Below are positions 37,501 to 51,800 of a stretch of DNA of 64,000 nucleotides, one piece after another (the stretch's first letter is position 1; the number at the start of each line of letters is the position of its first letter). This stretch comes from Hemiscyllium ocellatum (lineage: Eukaryota): positions 17,918,001 through 17,982,000 of the forward strand of contig NC_083426.1 of assembly GCF_020745735.1 (NCBI RefSeq). The letters are read 5' to 3'. The position numbers were made by a program, and so were the translations under genes. The notes under the pieces were generated by a model. The model saw only the letters and a program-made list of their open reading frames with translations. It searched no databases and was not told the DNA's origin.

Positions 37501-40500
37501 CAGAAGACCATGCTCACAAGTATCCTTACAAAACATAGAAGGTATACAGATGTGGAGTTTATGATTACTTTCAAGATACAGGATCTAAAGGCAGGCAATC
37601 ACAGACCTATGTAGCCTACTACAATGAATCTTTAACTAACTCTGTGGCAGTGGAAATGGTAATCAAGACCCACATTTCATTTTTAGCTGTTTTGAACTCT
37701 GTCCAGACTTCAACTAGCGATACATCTCATATCAGCTCATCAAATCATAACCTGTGCATGCAATGGGTTATGGACACTTGTTTTCACAACGCCACCTTCC
37801 AAGCAAATGATTGCATCAGGTTCTATATGGACCCTTCCGCTCAACTGGGAAAAACGCTGATACTTGCAGCCATTTTGGTGTTCCACATACAGGCTGCCAT
37901 TGATTGGGCACCAGCATGTGGCTTGGGTTGGCCAAAGAATTATGCAGATACCTCCACGTCCCTGGTTGTTGCTATGATGCATCTGCACAGCAGTTCTCAT
38001 CGTTTGACAAACAGGAGATGATAATCATTAGAGATCATAACATTATATCTATACAAATGATTCAAGGCATTTTGGTGGAGCCCTAGCTCCCTGGCTGCAC
38101 AGAAAGTTCTAGTGGCAAAGATATCATAATACAGCAGATAATTAGTGCCCAAAAACTATACTGCTTTATGGTGACAATACATTCAAGGTAAAGTGACAAG
38201 ACAAAATGACACACAAACTGTTTACGAACACTTTCATATTTTCAGGCACACAGCTCCAACTGAGGCGAAACACCCAATACCATTACAATTATTGATGTGG
38301 AGCAAGCAGTTGCCTTTCACGTTCCAGAAAAGATATACATCTAATGGTCGGTTTTGTCTTGCACTGATTAGGACAAATGTGACACTGCATGAGAACTGTT
38401 GGGGTCATTTGAAATTTGGTATTCTTGTATTTGTCCTCATGAATGCAAAACAACACAGACCTTCTCCTTTCAGCAATATATAAGCCATAACACAACTGTT
38501 ATAGCTTCTGATATTTTTTCATTAGCATAAGAGTGATGCAGGCTGCTGTTTGTGCCCATGTGCAATTACAATGAGGAAAGATGGTGCAATGGCTAGTTGT
38601 GATTGGATGAGAAACACAAAATTGAGGAAGAGAATGACCTGAAATATGGCAGGGGTGCAAAATGTAGTGTGGCAATGCCTAAAGCAGAATGATCAAGGCA
38701 GGAAGTTCAGTATTACTTATCCTGTTCTAGACTAGTTATTCTGCATCTCCTCCAAGTTCTTCAAATGACAGCTGAGGCCCTTATTACTCCAGACTTTTTG
38801 CTTGCATTTAGGAACACTGATTATCAAGAAGTGGAGGACCTGCCTGCTCCATTAACACTGTGCAGCTGAACCTACAGGCTCACACCTTTGATATCTTATG
38901 AATTAATCTCTGTATCAGACACAACTGGATCAGTGAAACTTCACCTCTCAGGTAGAAACTCTGCCCCTCAAGGAACATGGCTGCCAATTCATTAGATATA
39001 AACCAAGCCGTAGCTTCAAAATTCACTCTCAATCACACAGCTGGCCTCATCACCTCTCTTACTAGTCAGCCTGAGTCAGAACTATCCAACTTACTTTAGC
39101 AATGCTCCCTTAAGCTCTATTTTCAGATTGTCATGTGGATTCTGAAGGTAACTACACTAGATTTTTAAAAAACGGGGACTGCAATTTGATGGCAATGCAC
39201 TTGACAACTATGCAACATTATAAAAATCCAAAAGTCTTCCTTCCACACTACTATCAACCTGATGCAAAAGGAAACAAAACCAAAGAAAGAACTGAAGTTT
39301 GCTTAGTTCTTCCAAACTTTAATCACAATTATGAAAAGTTTTTGTCATGTAGATGTGGGGTATGCAACTGTTCCCACTACTAGTTGCGTGGATGTGATGG
39401 GTGGCTAATTAAATATAAGCCCATGTATATTCTGCAATTTGAAGTGCAACAACCAAAGTTACTTTTAATGACTGTCACCATAGTAGCAGTGAGGAAAGGA
39501 CATGTTCCTGTTCAACCCTGCCAACACCTTAAAGGTAAAATCAACACAATGCTGCTAAAATGAAACAAGTTCAACAATTCACCTGTTGCTTGAACCTGAA
39601 ACCAGCCTCAGATATTGCAGAGCTTTCAGTTGAGATTTTGCTAATACCTTCATTCATTAAATATGCTGCCAAATTAATTTAGTGGAGAATATTTCTTAGT
39701 ACACAAAAATCAAATCTAATTTTCATTCGTATATCTTAACTGGTCATCAACATGTCTGGTGCACTTTGTCAGTTAGTCTTCAGACCATTTCACAAAACAC
39801 CTGACAGACAGTTAAGTAATTGACAAGTGAACACAAAAGCTTAAAAAGATTGCTCACAGCCAATGCATTTCATCTTGGTGGTTAGTATTTTAAAATATTA
39901 AAATTAATCCTTACTGAATCTTTTACAAGTTATAGACATATTATTTTCCATAAATCATAAAGTTGATTCAGTCATTTTACTAACATGCAATAAAAAAGTA
40001 CTGCAGATGTAAAAAATCATACATAAATAAGAATTCAAACAATAAAGCACAACGGTTCTGCTAACAATATAGCAAGTTAAGAGAAATTAGACTATCCTAA
40101 GATGTCTTCATAAGATTCTAAATTCCATAAGGCATTGGATGATTTGTTTCATTTAAGTGTGAAGAAATTACCAACAATAAACAATAGTGATTAGTGCTGC
40201 ATCAATAGAATATGGTACATTTGCAAACAGTGCAGTTAAAAGGTTAACAGTTTAACACACAGTTGGTCCAGAGGGGGGAAATTCTAGTGTCACAGGCAAT
40301 TTTTACCATTACTGCACTTTACATCGACCTAGCACTTTCCCTACAGCTACTTTGTGCTTTTAAAAGTCTGGTTTGTCTGGAATGAAAGGTTAATACTCTT
40401 CATTATTTTAAGAGGCGTGGTCAATTTCTTGAATTTGTCATCTTAAAAGTCAAACATATAGAACATAAATGACACTCTATGTATGCTGTTACAGAAACAT

Positions 40501-40779
40501 TCATTAATCCAGCAAGTCTGAATCATCACTGTTATGTGAATAAAGAACAATATGATATAGAGTTAATCGTTTCAATTACAAATGTTTGGAGGTCAGTCTC
40601 ATCTTCCACATATCCACAAGGTAAGAACTTCCAACAACAATTCATCAAAAGTCAATGTCAAACAGGAAGAATATTAGCTAGCATACACAAAGATATAGTG
40701 TGTGTGCGAACTCTAGGGAAGTCTCAAGCAAGGTATCTCAGATATTTGAGAAGATTAAGAAGTAACATAGTAAACTGAT

Positions 40780-41720
40780 TCAAAATTAATTAGAAGGAAA
40801 TAAACAGGAGGGAGGAGTTAAGGGAAGGATTCCAGAGAGGTTGAAAATCTGTCCTGATGTCCCACAATGCAGAGTTTGAGAGACACTTCTATTCACAGTG
40901 TATATCAATGACTTGTATATGAACTTAGGGAGGGAGATGACAATTTGAAAGTATCAATATAGATGACTGATTTAAATCCTTAAAAAGCTATAAGGAATAC
41001 TGAGAAGATAGGGAGCTCACAAGCATAGGTCAAAATTTAATGTCCATAAGTTTATGGTTATATATTTTCGTACAAAAATAAAGGAATTACGTTCTATACA
41101 GAGTTGGTTGGATGTTGCTGAAGGGCAACTTAAGAGTGCACACAATTAAAGGACATTTAAGGCATCCTCTATAGCTGTTACGGTAGTAAGCAATATTATT
41201 GGAATTCTGCAATATTAGAAAAAAGTATAGCATATATAAGCCAAATAGTAAGGATAGTCTATGCAAAATCTTAATAAAAGTTCAAATAGAACATGAAATT
41301 TGGGTTGCATATAATTACAAGGATATAAAGCAGATTCAATAGTACGTTGCTTTGTAAGAGGAAATCAACACAGCATTTTTCATCAGAATGTAATAGATTT
41401 TAGAATGATTTAAAATTATGTTAGAACAATGGAAGTACTCTGTATCTTAATATTAAAGTGACCCAGGCCTAGGGTCCATAGACAGAAAATTAAATACACG
41501 ATATTAGTGCTCAGAGCAATGAAAGCTCTTGAGAGAACTAATGCTGTGGAATTCAAAGTTAGAATAAACAATCAAGGCAGAAACTATGCAAATATTTAAG
41601 ATTAGAACTGATGGGTAAAGGAAAAGGAAAAGGAAAATGGAAACAGGCAAATAGATATGATTGGGACTAAAAAGTATGGAATGTAACCACTTAGATGGTT
41701 TCAGCAGGATAAGTTGTTTG
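40780..41720 (+). mobile_element. Highly degraded CR1 LINE
   Basis: Remnants of RT (TATATCAATGACTTG) and 3' region (CTGTGGAATTC). Confidence 0.5.
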
Positions 41721-42281
41721 TTAGTTGTAACTTCCACATATTGCTATGTATTAAATGACCTCTATTACCATTTACTCTGAAAGAGGAAAAAAAAAGAGCC
41801 ATTGCTACTAATTCCATGTCTCCAAGGATTCAGTTTGCACTTTCCCCTCTCAAAAGAAAATACCAGACTACAAACTTTATAATAACAGGAATGCCATCAT
41901 GTGACAAAATTCTAAAGTGGAATTCAGCACTTAAGTGATGTAATTTAATGGGATCCCCTACCTTGTTGGTTGAGATTCTGTACATAAGTCACCAGCCTCT
42001 TAAAAATATGGCAAGAATGACATAAAACCTGAATAAAAGGACAGACAAATTGAAAATGTGATGGCTAACAATTTATCAACAGCTTACAACCCACTTTTAA
42101 ACATTAACATTATTTGCTTTGGCTACACACCTATACAGAGTATGCAAAAGTAGATTTTGTTGGAATTTGTATGGAAGGTTAAGAGTTCACTTCGTCACTT
42201 TGGATTACTTACAAGATATTCAATGTTTTACTATACATAAGTTTTAAATCCAAATAAAGACAATAAAATCAACACATACCA

Positions 42282-42849
42282 TCAAAATTGGTATTCTCTG
42301 TCCCTTTTCTGATTTATTTTACAATACGTTCCGTCACTGTAATAGTGTCCTTTTTCACTCTTTTCATAGTAACCATGCCGAGGATCACTATCCCGAAAGT
42401 GACACCTTTTGGAGAAATAATGTCTTTCACAATCAGAGCTGTCCCTGTCATGGTCAAACCTGTCTTTTTTGTGGCCACGGCTGTCCCGATCATGGCCACG
42501 GCCGTCCCGATCACGGTCACGGTCACGGCTGTCCCGATCACGGTCACGGCTGTCCCGATCACGGCCATAGCTGTCCCGATCACGGCCATAGCTGTCCCGA
42601 TCACGGCCATAGTTGTCCCGATCACGGCCTCGGCTGTCCCGATCAGAGCCATAGCTGTCCCAATGTTGATGAACTGAAGGTGAATTTCCATAGTAACTTC
42701 TTTCATAACTCCGTTGTCTTTTGCGATCATAATCCATTCTTTTCTCTTGATAACTATCACAGGAACCTGGACTTCTGGACCGATCTCGCAGATATCCACT
42801 TGTCTCTCTAGATCTTTGATTTTTTCTTTGTCCAGTGTATTCATGCTCC
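42282..42849 (-). CDS. CPSF6/7-like last coding exon, RS/RD domain
   Basis: RDRSRSP and (RDRDSYG)n; TGA at 42284-42282 followed 2 nt later by a GTATGT donor. Confidence 0.88.
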
Positions 42850-45800
42850 CTTTTTAGAAGAAATAAAATGCAAACATTGTACTCTGAGCCATTTACTACA
42901 AAAATGTACCCAAATTTTCTTGCATGCTTTTGTGGCTTTCTGGATCTTAGAATTTATTAACTAGTCTTATGTCTCTTATTAGTTACCATGTAAACTATCG
43001 TAACACAAGTTCATGGATACCAAAACTGGATACTTCAAATGCTAAAACAATCTTATTGCTATATATATTTTGATTGAATTTGTAAACGAGTTGTTATATA
43101 TTCTCTAAATAAGAGAAAGTTACCGTAATCCTGAGCTGCTTGGGCTGGCCTCTCTCTCATGAAGTTGATTTGGAGGACAGTTTACTGAATCCCTGAAGCT
43201 GTCTGGTGCAATTGCTTTGGACTTTTTAACAAAAGAAACAAGCTGCAGCAGATTCCCATAATCTATTAAAGAGTCATCCAAGACACAGTTAGGCAAGAAA
43301 ACCTTTTCAATATTTATTTTTCTTTATTCTTTAAACAAATAAGTTTACTTTTGCTTCTACATTAAAAAGAGATACCTGAATGCACTGTGATTTTACTTCA
43401 ATTTTTCTTGCATATATGACCACAGATATTGGACAGACCTAGCAATTTAACTGTGAACAAAAATCAACTTGACCCTCATTACTGGTGAACCTAGACTTTT
43501 TAACATCTGAAGCCTACATAACAAGTGAATCCACGTCAAAAAGTGACATATTGGCTGTCATAAGACCATAAGACATAGGAGGGGAAGTAAGGCCATTCAG
43601 CCCATCAAGTCCACTCCGCCATTCAATCATGGCTGATGGGCAATGCAACTCCACTTACCAGCATTCTCTCCGTAGCCCTTAATTCCTCGAGACATCAAGA
43701 ATCTATCAATCTCTGCCTTGAAGACATTTAGCGTCCCGGCCTCCACTGCACTCTGAGGCAATGAATTCCACAGGCCCAACACTCTCCGGCTGAAGAAATG
43801 TCTCCGCATTTCTGTTCTGAATTTACCCCCTCTAATTCTAAGGCTGTGTCTATGGGTCCTCGTCTCCTCGCCTAACGGAAACAATTTCCTAGCGCCCACC
43901 CTTTCCAAGCCATGTATTATCTTCTAAGTTTTTATTAAATCTCCTCTTAATCTTCTAAACTCCAATGAATACAATCCCAGGATCCCCAGCCATTCCTTGA
44001 ATGCTAGACCAACTATTCCAGGGATCATCCATGATAATCATCGCTGGACACGCTCCAGTGCCAGTATGTCCTTCCTGAGGTGTGGGGACCAAAACTGGAC
44101 ACAATCCAAATGAGGCCTAACCAGAGCTTTATAAAGTCTCAGTAGCACAACGGTGCTTTTATATTCCAACCCTCTTAAGATAAATGACAACGTTTCGCTT
44201 TCTTAATCACGGACTCAACCTGCATGTTTACCTTTAGAGAATCCTCGACTAGCACTCTCAGATCCCTTTGTACTTTGGCTTTATGAATTTTCTCACCGTT
44301 TAGAAAGTAGTCTATGCTTTTATTCTTTTTTTCAAAGTGCAAGACGTCGCATTTGCTCACATTGAATTCCATCAGCCATTTCCTGGACCACTCTCCCAAA
44401 GTGTCTGGATCCTTCTGCAGCCTCCCCACTTCCTCAGTACTAACTGCCTGTCCACCTAACTTCGTATCATCAGCAAACTTCGCTAGAATGCCCCCAGTCC
44501 CTTCATCCAGATCATTAATATATAACGTGAACAGCTCCGGCCCCAACACTGAACCCTGCAGGACACCGCTTGTCACCGGCTGCCATTCCGAAAAAGAACC
44601 TTTTATCCCAACTCTCTGCCTTCTGTCAGACAACCAATCCTCAATCCATACCTGCAGCTCACCTCGAACACCATGGGCCCTCACCTTGCTCAGCAGCCTC
44701 CTGTGTGGCATCTTATCAAAGGCCTTTTGGAAGTCTAGATAGACCACATCCACTGGGTTTCCCTGGTCTAACCTACTTGTCACCTCTTCAAAGAATTCCA
44801 ACAGGTTTGTCAGGCACGACCTCCCCTTACTAAATCCATGTTGATTTGTTCTAATCAGACTCTGCACTTCCAAGAATTTAGAAACCTCATCCTTAATGAT
44901 GGATTCTAGAATTTTACCAACAACCGAGATTAGGCTAATTGGTCTATAATTTTCCAACTTTTGTCTTGATCCTTTCTTGAACAAGGGGGTTACAACAGCG
45001 ATCTTCCAATCATCCGGGACTTTCCATGACTCCAGTGACTTTTGAAAGATCTCAATCAATGCCTCCGCTGTTTCCTCAGCCACCTCTCTCAGAACTCTAG
45101 GATGTATCCCATCGGGGCCAGGAGATTTATCAATTTTAAGACCTTTTTAGCTTTTCTAGCACTTTCTCTTTTGTCATGCAGTTTACAGCAAGGTAAATTA
45201 AAACTGCAAAAGAATGCAATTCCTTTTTTCCCCCAAAGTAACTGTGCTATGCTTAACTTAAGCTGTAAGATAATTCAGAATGTGCTCATTTCACTAGAAA
45301 AAGAAGTCTTGCTTCTTTCCAGTCTGCAGTAACACTATTAGTGTAATAGGGCTGCTCAAAATGTACTTATTTGCTGTAATCCATAACTGCACAAGGTTAA
45401 GATGTACACCACCGTTTTTTGTTTCATTGTGGCTATCCCATTTATTCATTTTCTTCATCATCCCTTTCACCAGCCAACCATGCCAAATGGTTTAAAGTAC
45501 CCCAGTGCCCAACCCCTGGGACCAGAACTCCCACCTTCTTCAAATTTATTTCTCTGTTTATCGGCTGTGGTCTGATTCATGGCAGCGCAGTTGCCTCTGA
45601 ATCACAAGGTTGAGAGTTCAAGTTCCATTCAAAGAATTTGGGACAGAAGTCTAGGCCGACACTCCAGTGCAGTGCTGAGGGAGCACCCATTGTCAGGGGT
45701 GTCATTTTATGGATGAGACATTCCACTGAGGCACAATCAACATTCGTGGATAGATTTAAAAGATCAACTAGCACTATTTTAAAGAGCAAGGAACCTCACA

Positions 45801-48800
45801 AAATTGCAGATCACTTCGTCACCATCCTGTTGCTGTTTGAGAGAGTTTGGTGAGCTGCAAATCCTATGTTACAACAGTGACTACATCTTGGAAGTAATTA
45901 ATTGGTTCTTAAGCACTTTGAAGAGTCCAGTAGTTGTGAACGTGCACGCCTGACTGCTTTTTTTGCCTAACCCTCCATCTTGTACCCATTGAGCTCTTGT
46001 TGTTGACAAGACACAATTCTTTCTCCTTCAGTCCAATTCCATCTAAACTGATGACCCAATAATATTCCCTTTTGGTCTCAACATTATTTGATCATGAACC
46101 ATCCTCACACTTCATGTTATCACTGCCCCCAGGGGTTCATTCACCTTAAGCTTCCTAATCAAGGCTGTGTCATCACTCATCCTGAATGCCTGGTTACCCT
46201 CTTTGAATATCTGCACTGATTTCTCATTCTACTTGGCACCTTTCCCTTCTCAATAACAGAAGCAATTAAATGATTTTTGGCTCTATCACAAAACCACTTT
46301 GGAGAATTACAGAAAAAGTTAAGTGCGAATTATTTTGGAAATAGTAAAAATGAAACTGAACATTCTGCAAGAGCACTTCTACCTTGTTACATAATTCAAC
46401 TGTAAGAAGCATATTTATTCATATTATTAATTCCAAATGTAATAAAATAGCAAGGTTAACATTGACCTACGTGACCCAACACTTACCATTGTTTCCATCA
46501 TCATTGGTTGAAAACGTTCCTTTGCTATCAAGTTCTTTAATAGGCTCCTCTATGCTTTGCAATGTCTCTTGAACACCTGTTTCCCTTCAAAAGAGTTAGT
46601 TGTGAAGTAAAAGCATTCATTAAATTTGCAGTGAATGATGCAAAAAGTAAATGTCCACATTAATGCCAATTGCTTAGTTAGAAAATGAAATTGTGTAAGT
46701 GTATAGGGCCGATAAATAAGGATAATTTCAAGTGCAAACACAGATAGCCATGGAGGAATATGATACTATGGAAATAATGGAGACCTTACTCAACAAAAGG
46801 GCAGGACAAATATAATTATTCGTGGACACAAGGTATATAGAATAAATAGCAAAGAGGGGCAGCAGTATTTATTAAGAAAAATAGTAGTGCTCTGAAGGGT
46901 TGCCCTGAAACTATCAAGGATAGAACCCATCTGGATCAGAGAATTACCAAAATGTAGGAAGCCATTCTGCCATTTGCTCCTGCACCCTCTTTAGAATTGT
47001 TACCTTAATTTGAATTGTCCTGCCATATACTTCCTTCCAAAATGAATCATATCGCATATCCTCACATAGAGTTTCACGTGATACTTGTCAATCTATTCCA
47101 CTGACTTGTCTATGTCCTTTTGAAGTTCTATATTATGATCCTCACACTTTCAATGATTCCAAGTTTAAAATTATGCCCTATACACCAAGGTCCAAGTCAT
47201 TAAGTCGGAGTACTGCTGAAAAGATATAAATTATGTCAAAGTTTTTTGACTCTCACTCATCAGGACAATTTGCAATATGCAAGTAAATGAAAACCAACAT
47301 TTATACTGTATGAGTGCTGGCTGGTTAGTAAGAAAACTCTGACTAAGAAGTATCGCCATGGAAAATGCACCAATTAATGATAACTGACAGTTACAATTCC
47401 AAAATTTGTTTAAATTTTTTAAACAAGGTAATTTGAACATATACAAGTTGAAGGATCAACACTTTATTTTCCGCTCAGGTACTTTACCACCTCTCGGACT
47501 CAACACTGAGTTCCACAACTTAGGTACCACCTTCCATCCTCTCCTGTGCCCAATTATATCTTGTTAACTTTGCTCTCAACTCAGTTGACTTGTTTCCTCC
47601 TTTTCACAACTTAGTTTAAAGCCAATCTCCATCTTGATTACTCCTATACTGCCATTACTGCTCCCTTTTGTCTTTGTTCAGCCAATCTCCCCAGGACCTT
47701 ACCATTAAGTGTGCAAGTCCTGCCCTGATTGCCTTACCAAATAGCAACACCACATTTATCTAAATTAACTTCCATTTGTCATTCCTTGGCCCAGCTGATC
47801 AAGGTCCCAATGCACTCTGAGATAACCATCTTCATTGTCCACTATACCATTCGTTTTGGTATTATCTGCAAACTTACTAACTATTCCTCCTCTATTTACA
47901 TCCAAATCAGTGTTGATATTAGTGAAAAATCTTTGTGCAGCTTGAACTCGTTGGATTGACTTTTCTTGTCTACAGTACCCTTATTTGAAAAGGTACTTGT
48001 CCTAGTTATACAAAACGCCTTATGAATTTTCCCAGCAAGGCTTATAACAGTTTGTGAATGAGCTTGGTTCCTGTGCACTTGCACCCCCTTAAAATATTAC
48101 AATTTATACCATATTGTTCATTTTTGCTGCTAAAAGCATCACTTCATACTTCGATCATTTGTCATCAAACTTGTATTATTTCAGTTTCATAAGTCCCTCT
48201 GAAGTTTGTTACTATCCTGCTCACTACTTAGTGCGTTACCAAAGTTTTGAAATTTTACTCCCAAAATCCCAATGCTATTTGTAACAAAATGAGTACGATT
48301 TAATACTGACCGCTGGGTACACACCACAGCCTATGTCCCTTCAGTTAGAAAAATCCATTCGCTATGTCCAATAAGATGGTCATTTAGTGGTGATGTCACT
48401 GGGCCAGTAATCCAAAAGCCCAGGATAATGCTGACATTGGTTCAGATCACAACACAACAGGTGAAGGAACTTATATGAATAATTACTTTTAAAGATCTGT
48501 AATGTAAACCTAGTCACAGTAATGCCCTAGTTGCAAAAAAAAGTTGCACCACTAAAGCCGTTTAATTCCGCCATCCTGGCGTTAATCCCTACGGTTGATC
48601 CCTAAATGTACTCTGAAATGACATATAAGCCATGCAGATCAAAAGTAACTCGAGATGAAAAATAGTACCAATGATGTTTGCATTGCAGGAAAGAAGAAAT
48701 TATTCTCTGCCTGCAATCTGCATGTTAATAACGTAAGCATTCATCTTGTGCACATTAGGACAATTTGCAAGAAATGTAAAAGGGAAAAATAACATTTTAT

Positions 48801-51800
48801 ATTATATCAGAGGAGAGTACTCATTACTAAGTGTGGAAGATACTAGAATTGATCATTAAGGATGTTATAATGAGCATCGCGAAAATCTCTTGGGAAGTGT
48901 CTGCATAGTTTTGGGAAAGGGAAACATGGTTAACAACTTATTTGAATTCTGGGAAGGAGCAACATATCTTGTGGATAAAAGGAAGCCTGTGAAGTACTAT
49001 ATTTGGATTTCCAGAAAGCATCTGCTAAGGTTCCTCAGAAAAGGTTATTGTACTAAGTAGAAGCTCATGGTATAAGTTAACTTATAACTACTGGCATAAT
49101 TAGAAAGTTGAGTATGTATAAATGAGTTTTTTTACAGACGAGCAGGATGTGACAAGTAGGGCCCAGTAAGGATCTGTGCTGGGTCCAAGATTTGAACAAT
49201 TAACAACGATGACTTAGATGAGGGGATGAGGTGGTGGCTAAATTTACGAATGACGCCAATATTAAAAGGAAAGTATGTTGTGAAGCTGAGAAAGCAAGGA
49301 TATAGACTGATATATATAAGTTAAATAAACATAGAACAGTACAGCACAGTACAGGTTCTTTGGCCCTCCATGTTGTGCCGACCTTTTATCCTACTCGAAG
49401 ATCAAACTAACCTACATACCCTACATTTTACTATCATCCATATGTCTATCCAAGAGTCGCTTAAATGTCTCTAACATATCTGACTCTACCACTACTGCTG
49501 ACAGTACATTCCAAGCACTCACCACACTCTGTGGAAAGAACCTACCTCTGGCATCACCCCTAAACCTTCCTCCAATCACCTTAAAATTATGCCCCCTCCT
49601 GATAGCCAAATGAGTTGGCAAAATCTTGGCAGGTGCAGTATGCAGTGGGAAAATGGGAAATTGTTCATTTTGGCAGGAAAAATGTAAAAGCAGAATATTA
49701 CATAAATGTTACCTCAGCATCTTGTGGACTGTGACGCACCTCAACAATTTTTCACAATCCACATCTGGATCTGGCCAGACTGCAAATCTTAGATTTGATC
49801 CATTGCTTTTGAAATCACTTATCCCTATCTATCTCTTTCTACTTCCCGTGTTTGGAATGCAAGTTCTGTATTGCATCTGCACTAGTTTGCAACTTCATTA
49901 TTTAGGATGCCTGGTGCTCCTCCTGGCATGTGCTCTTGGGATGCTTTGTTAAACCAGGCTTGGTTCCCTGGCTTGATGGCAATGGTAGTTTATGGGTTAT
50001 GCCAGGCGATAAGGTTGCAGAACATGGCAAAAGTAGTAACTATTTTTTAATATTCATTCATGGTTGTGAGCGATTGCACATCTTTAATTACCCTTGAGAA
50101 AGTGATCATGAGCTACCATTCTTAACCACTGTCCTTCATGTGGTGTAGGCATACTATTAGTGCTGTTAAAGACGAGTTCCAGTAATTTTATCCAGTGATA
50201 GTGAAGGAACAAACATACAAAATGGGGGAAATAGGCCATTTGGGCCTTTAAACTTGCTTTGCCATTAATAACGTCATGGCTAATCTGAATTCCACTTCCT
50301 CATCCAATCCTAATGAGCTGAGATTCCCATGCCTAACAAGAATCTTTCCAGCTCCATTTTATAAATACTCAAAACACCCCAACTCTAATGCCTTCAGAAG
50401 CACAGAGTTCCAAACTCACAAAAGCCTCACAGAAAATGCTTCCCATCTTCTGTCACCTCTCAGTTCCATAATATCTGCCCATTGTTTGTAAGGCACAAGT
50501 CAGGTGTGTAATGCAAAACTTTCCATTGGCTGAATAAGTGCAGCTCCAACATTTCAGAAGCTCAACAGCATCCAGCATAAAACAGCTCACTTGATTGGAG
50601 CTGATCTATCATCATTTCAATCCACCAGTGACAGACCATTAGTGGCTATGTGTACCATCTACAAGATGCAATATTCATCTTTGTTTTCAAGTTCTTACAT
50701 GGTCTTGATCCATACTCTCCATCAGTCCCCCACAACTCTCTTGAGATATCACAAAAACAAATGATGTGTTCTTGTGTATCCCTGATTTTAATTGCTCCAC
50801 CACAGGTAGCCATGCCTTCAGGTGCCTTGGCCCCAAATACCTAAATATCCTTCCTTCACTATTCCCTCAATTTCCTCCTTGAAGAAACCTTTCAAAACTG
50901 ACATCTGACCAAGCTTTTGCATCAGACCCACTATTTCTTTACATGCTTGGTGTCATACTTTGTTTAAAATATCCCAGTGAAGTGGTTTAGCAAGAACATT
51001 TCATTACTTTAAATGCACAATATTATTAACTTTGACAAATCACTGACAGTTTTAGCTGAAGACTGGTGTACAAACTCTGGACACTGCACATTTGGGATGA
51101 TGTCAAGATTAAATAGAGTGCATAAGTCATTTATCAGATGATAACATGGATATGAAGAGATTGGAGAAGTTGGGAATATTTTCTTTAGAGCAAGGACAAA
51201 CAAAGAAGAATCCAACAATGATAAAAAAAGTTTGTGAAGCATGTAATACAAGTCAAAAGTCTTTGTTCAGTGGGTATGAATCTAGAGATACCCAAAAGAA
51301 TGGTGAAAAGAGATACCATAGCATTTTTTCAATATATGGTTACTAGAAGAGGAATCGTTTGTGGTGTTATGGGGTCAAAAATAGGGTGTGAGTGTAGGAC
51401 TAACTTATAGGGCTACTTCATAAAGCTGAAGCAGCATAATAGCCTCTTCATGTGCTGCAAGATTCTATGATTCTCCATCATCCCTATATGTTACAAAGTG
51501 TTTCGAGAAGCAACTGCAGGAACATAGTACAAACAGTATGAGGAAGTAGTATTCAACTGAACCTATTCTCAAGCTTTGCTTCAAATGTAGATAACTTCCC
51601 AATGTTTATCAGCTACATTTGTGATTACATTCAGCAAATACAAGCACACAAACAAAATTTCAATAAAACAGACCAAACTTCAATATTTTGAAGAGAAAGC
51701 TTAGTATTCCTTCTTGTTCTGTAGACTGATCATAATTTGGTATTGCGCACCTTCCAAAGCTCTGGCCTCTCTATTACAATACTATTTCGACTATATTGCA

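Noticed and set aside
42440-42660. Regular short repeats resembling a CRISPR array
   Set aside because: No unique spacers, vertebrate context, and the repeat is protein-coding.
42288-42844. Overlapping ORFs of 176 aa (-, VIGTAMA repeats) and 129 aa (+, AVPITAI repeats)
   Set aside because: Alternative-frame shadows of the stop-free 21-nt repeat; only the RD frame joins the upstream exons.
44175-45083. 302-aa reverse transcriptase ORF as a host or novel RT gene
   Set aside because: Ordinary 5'-truncated CR1 with downstream frameshifts, a tail and a TSD.
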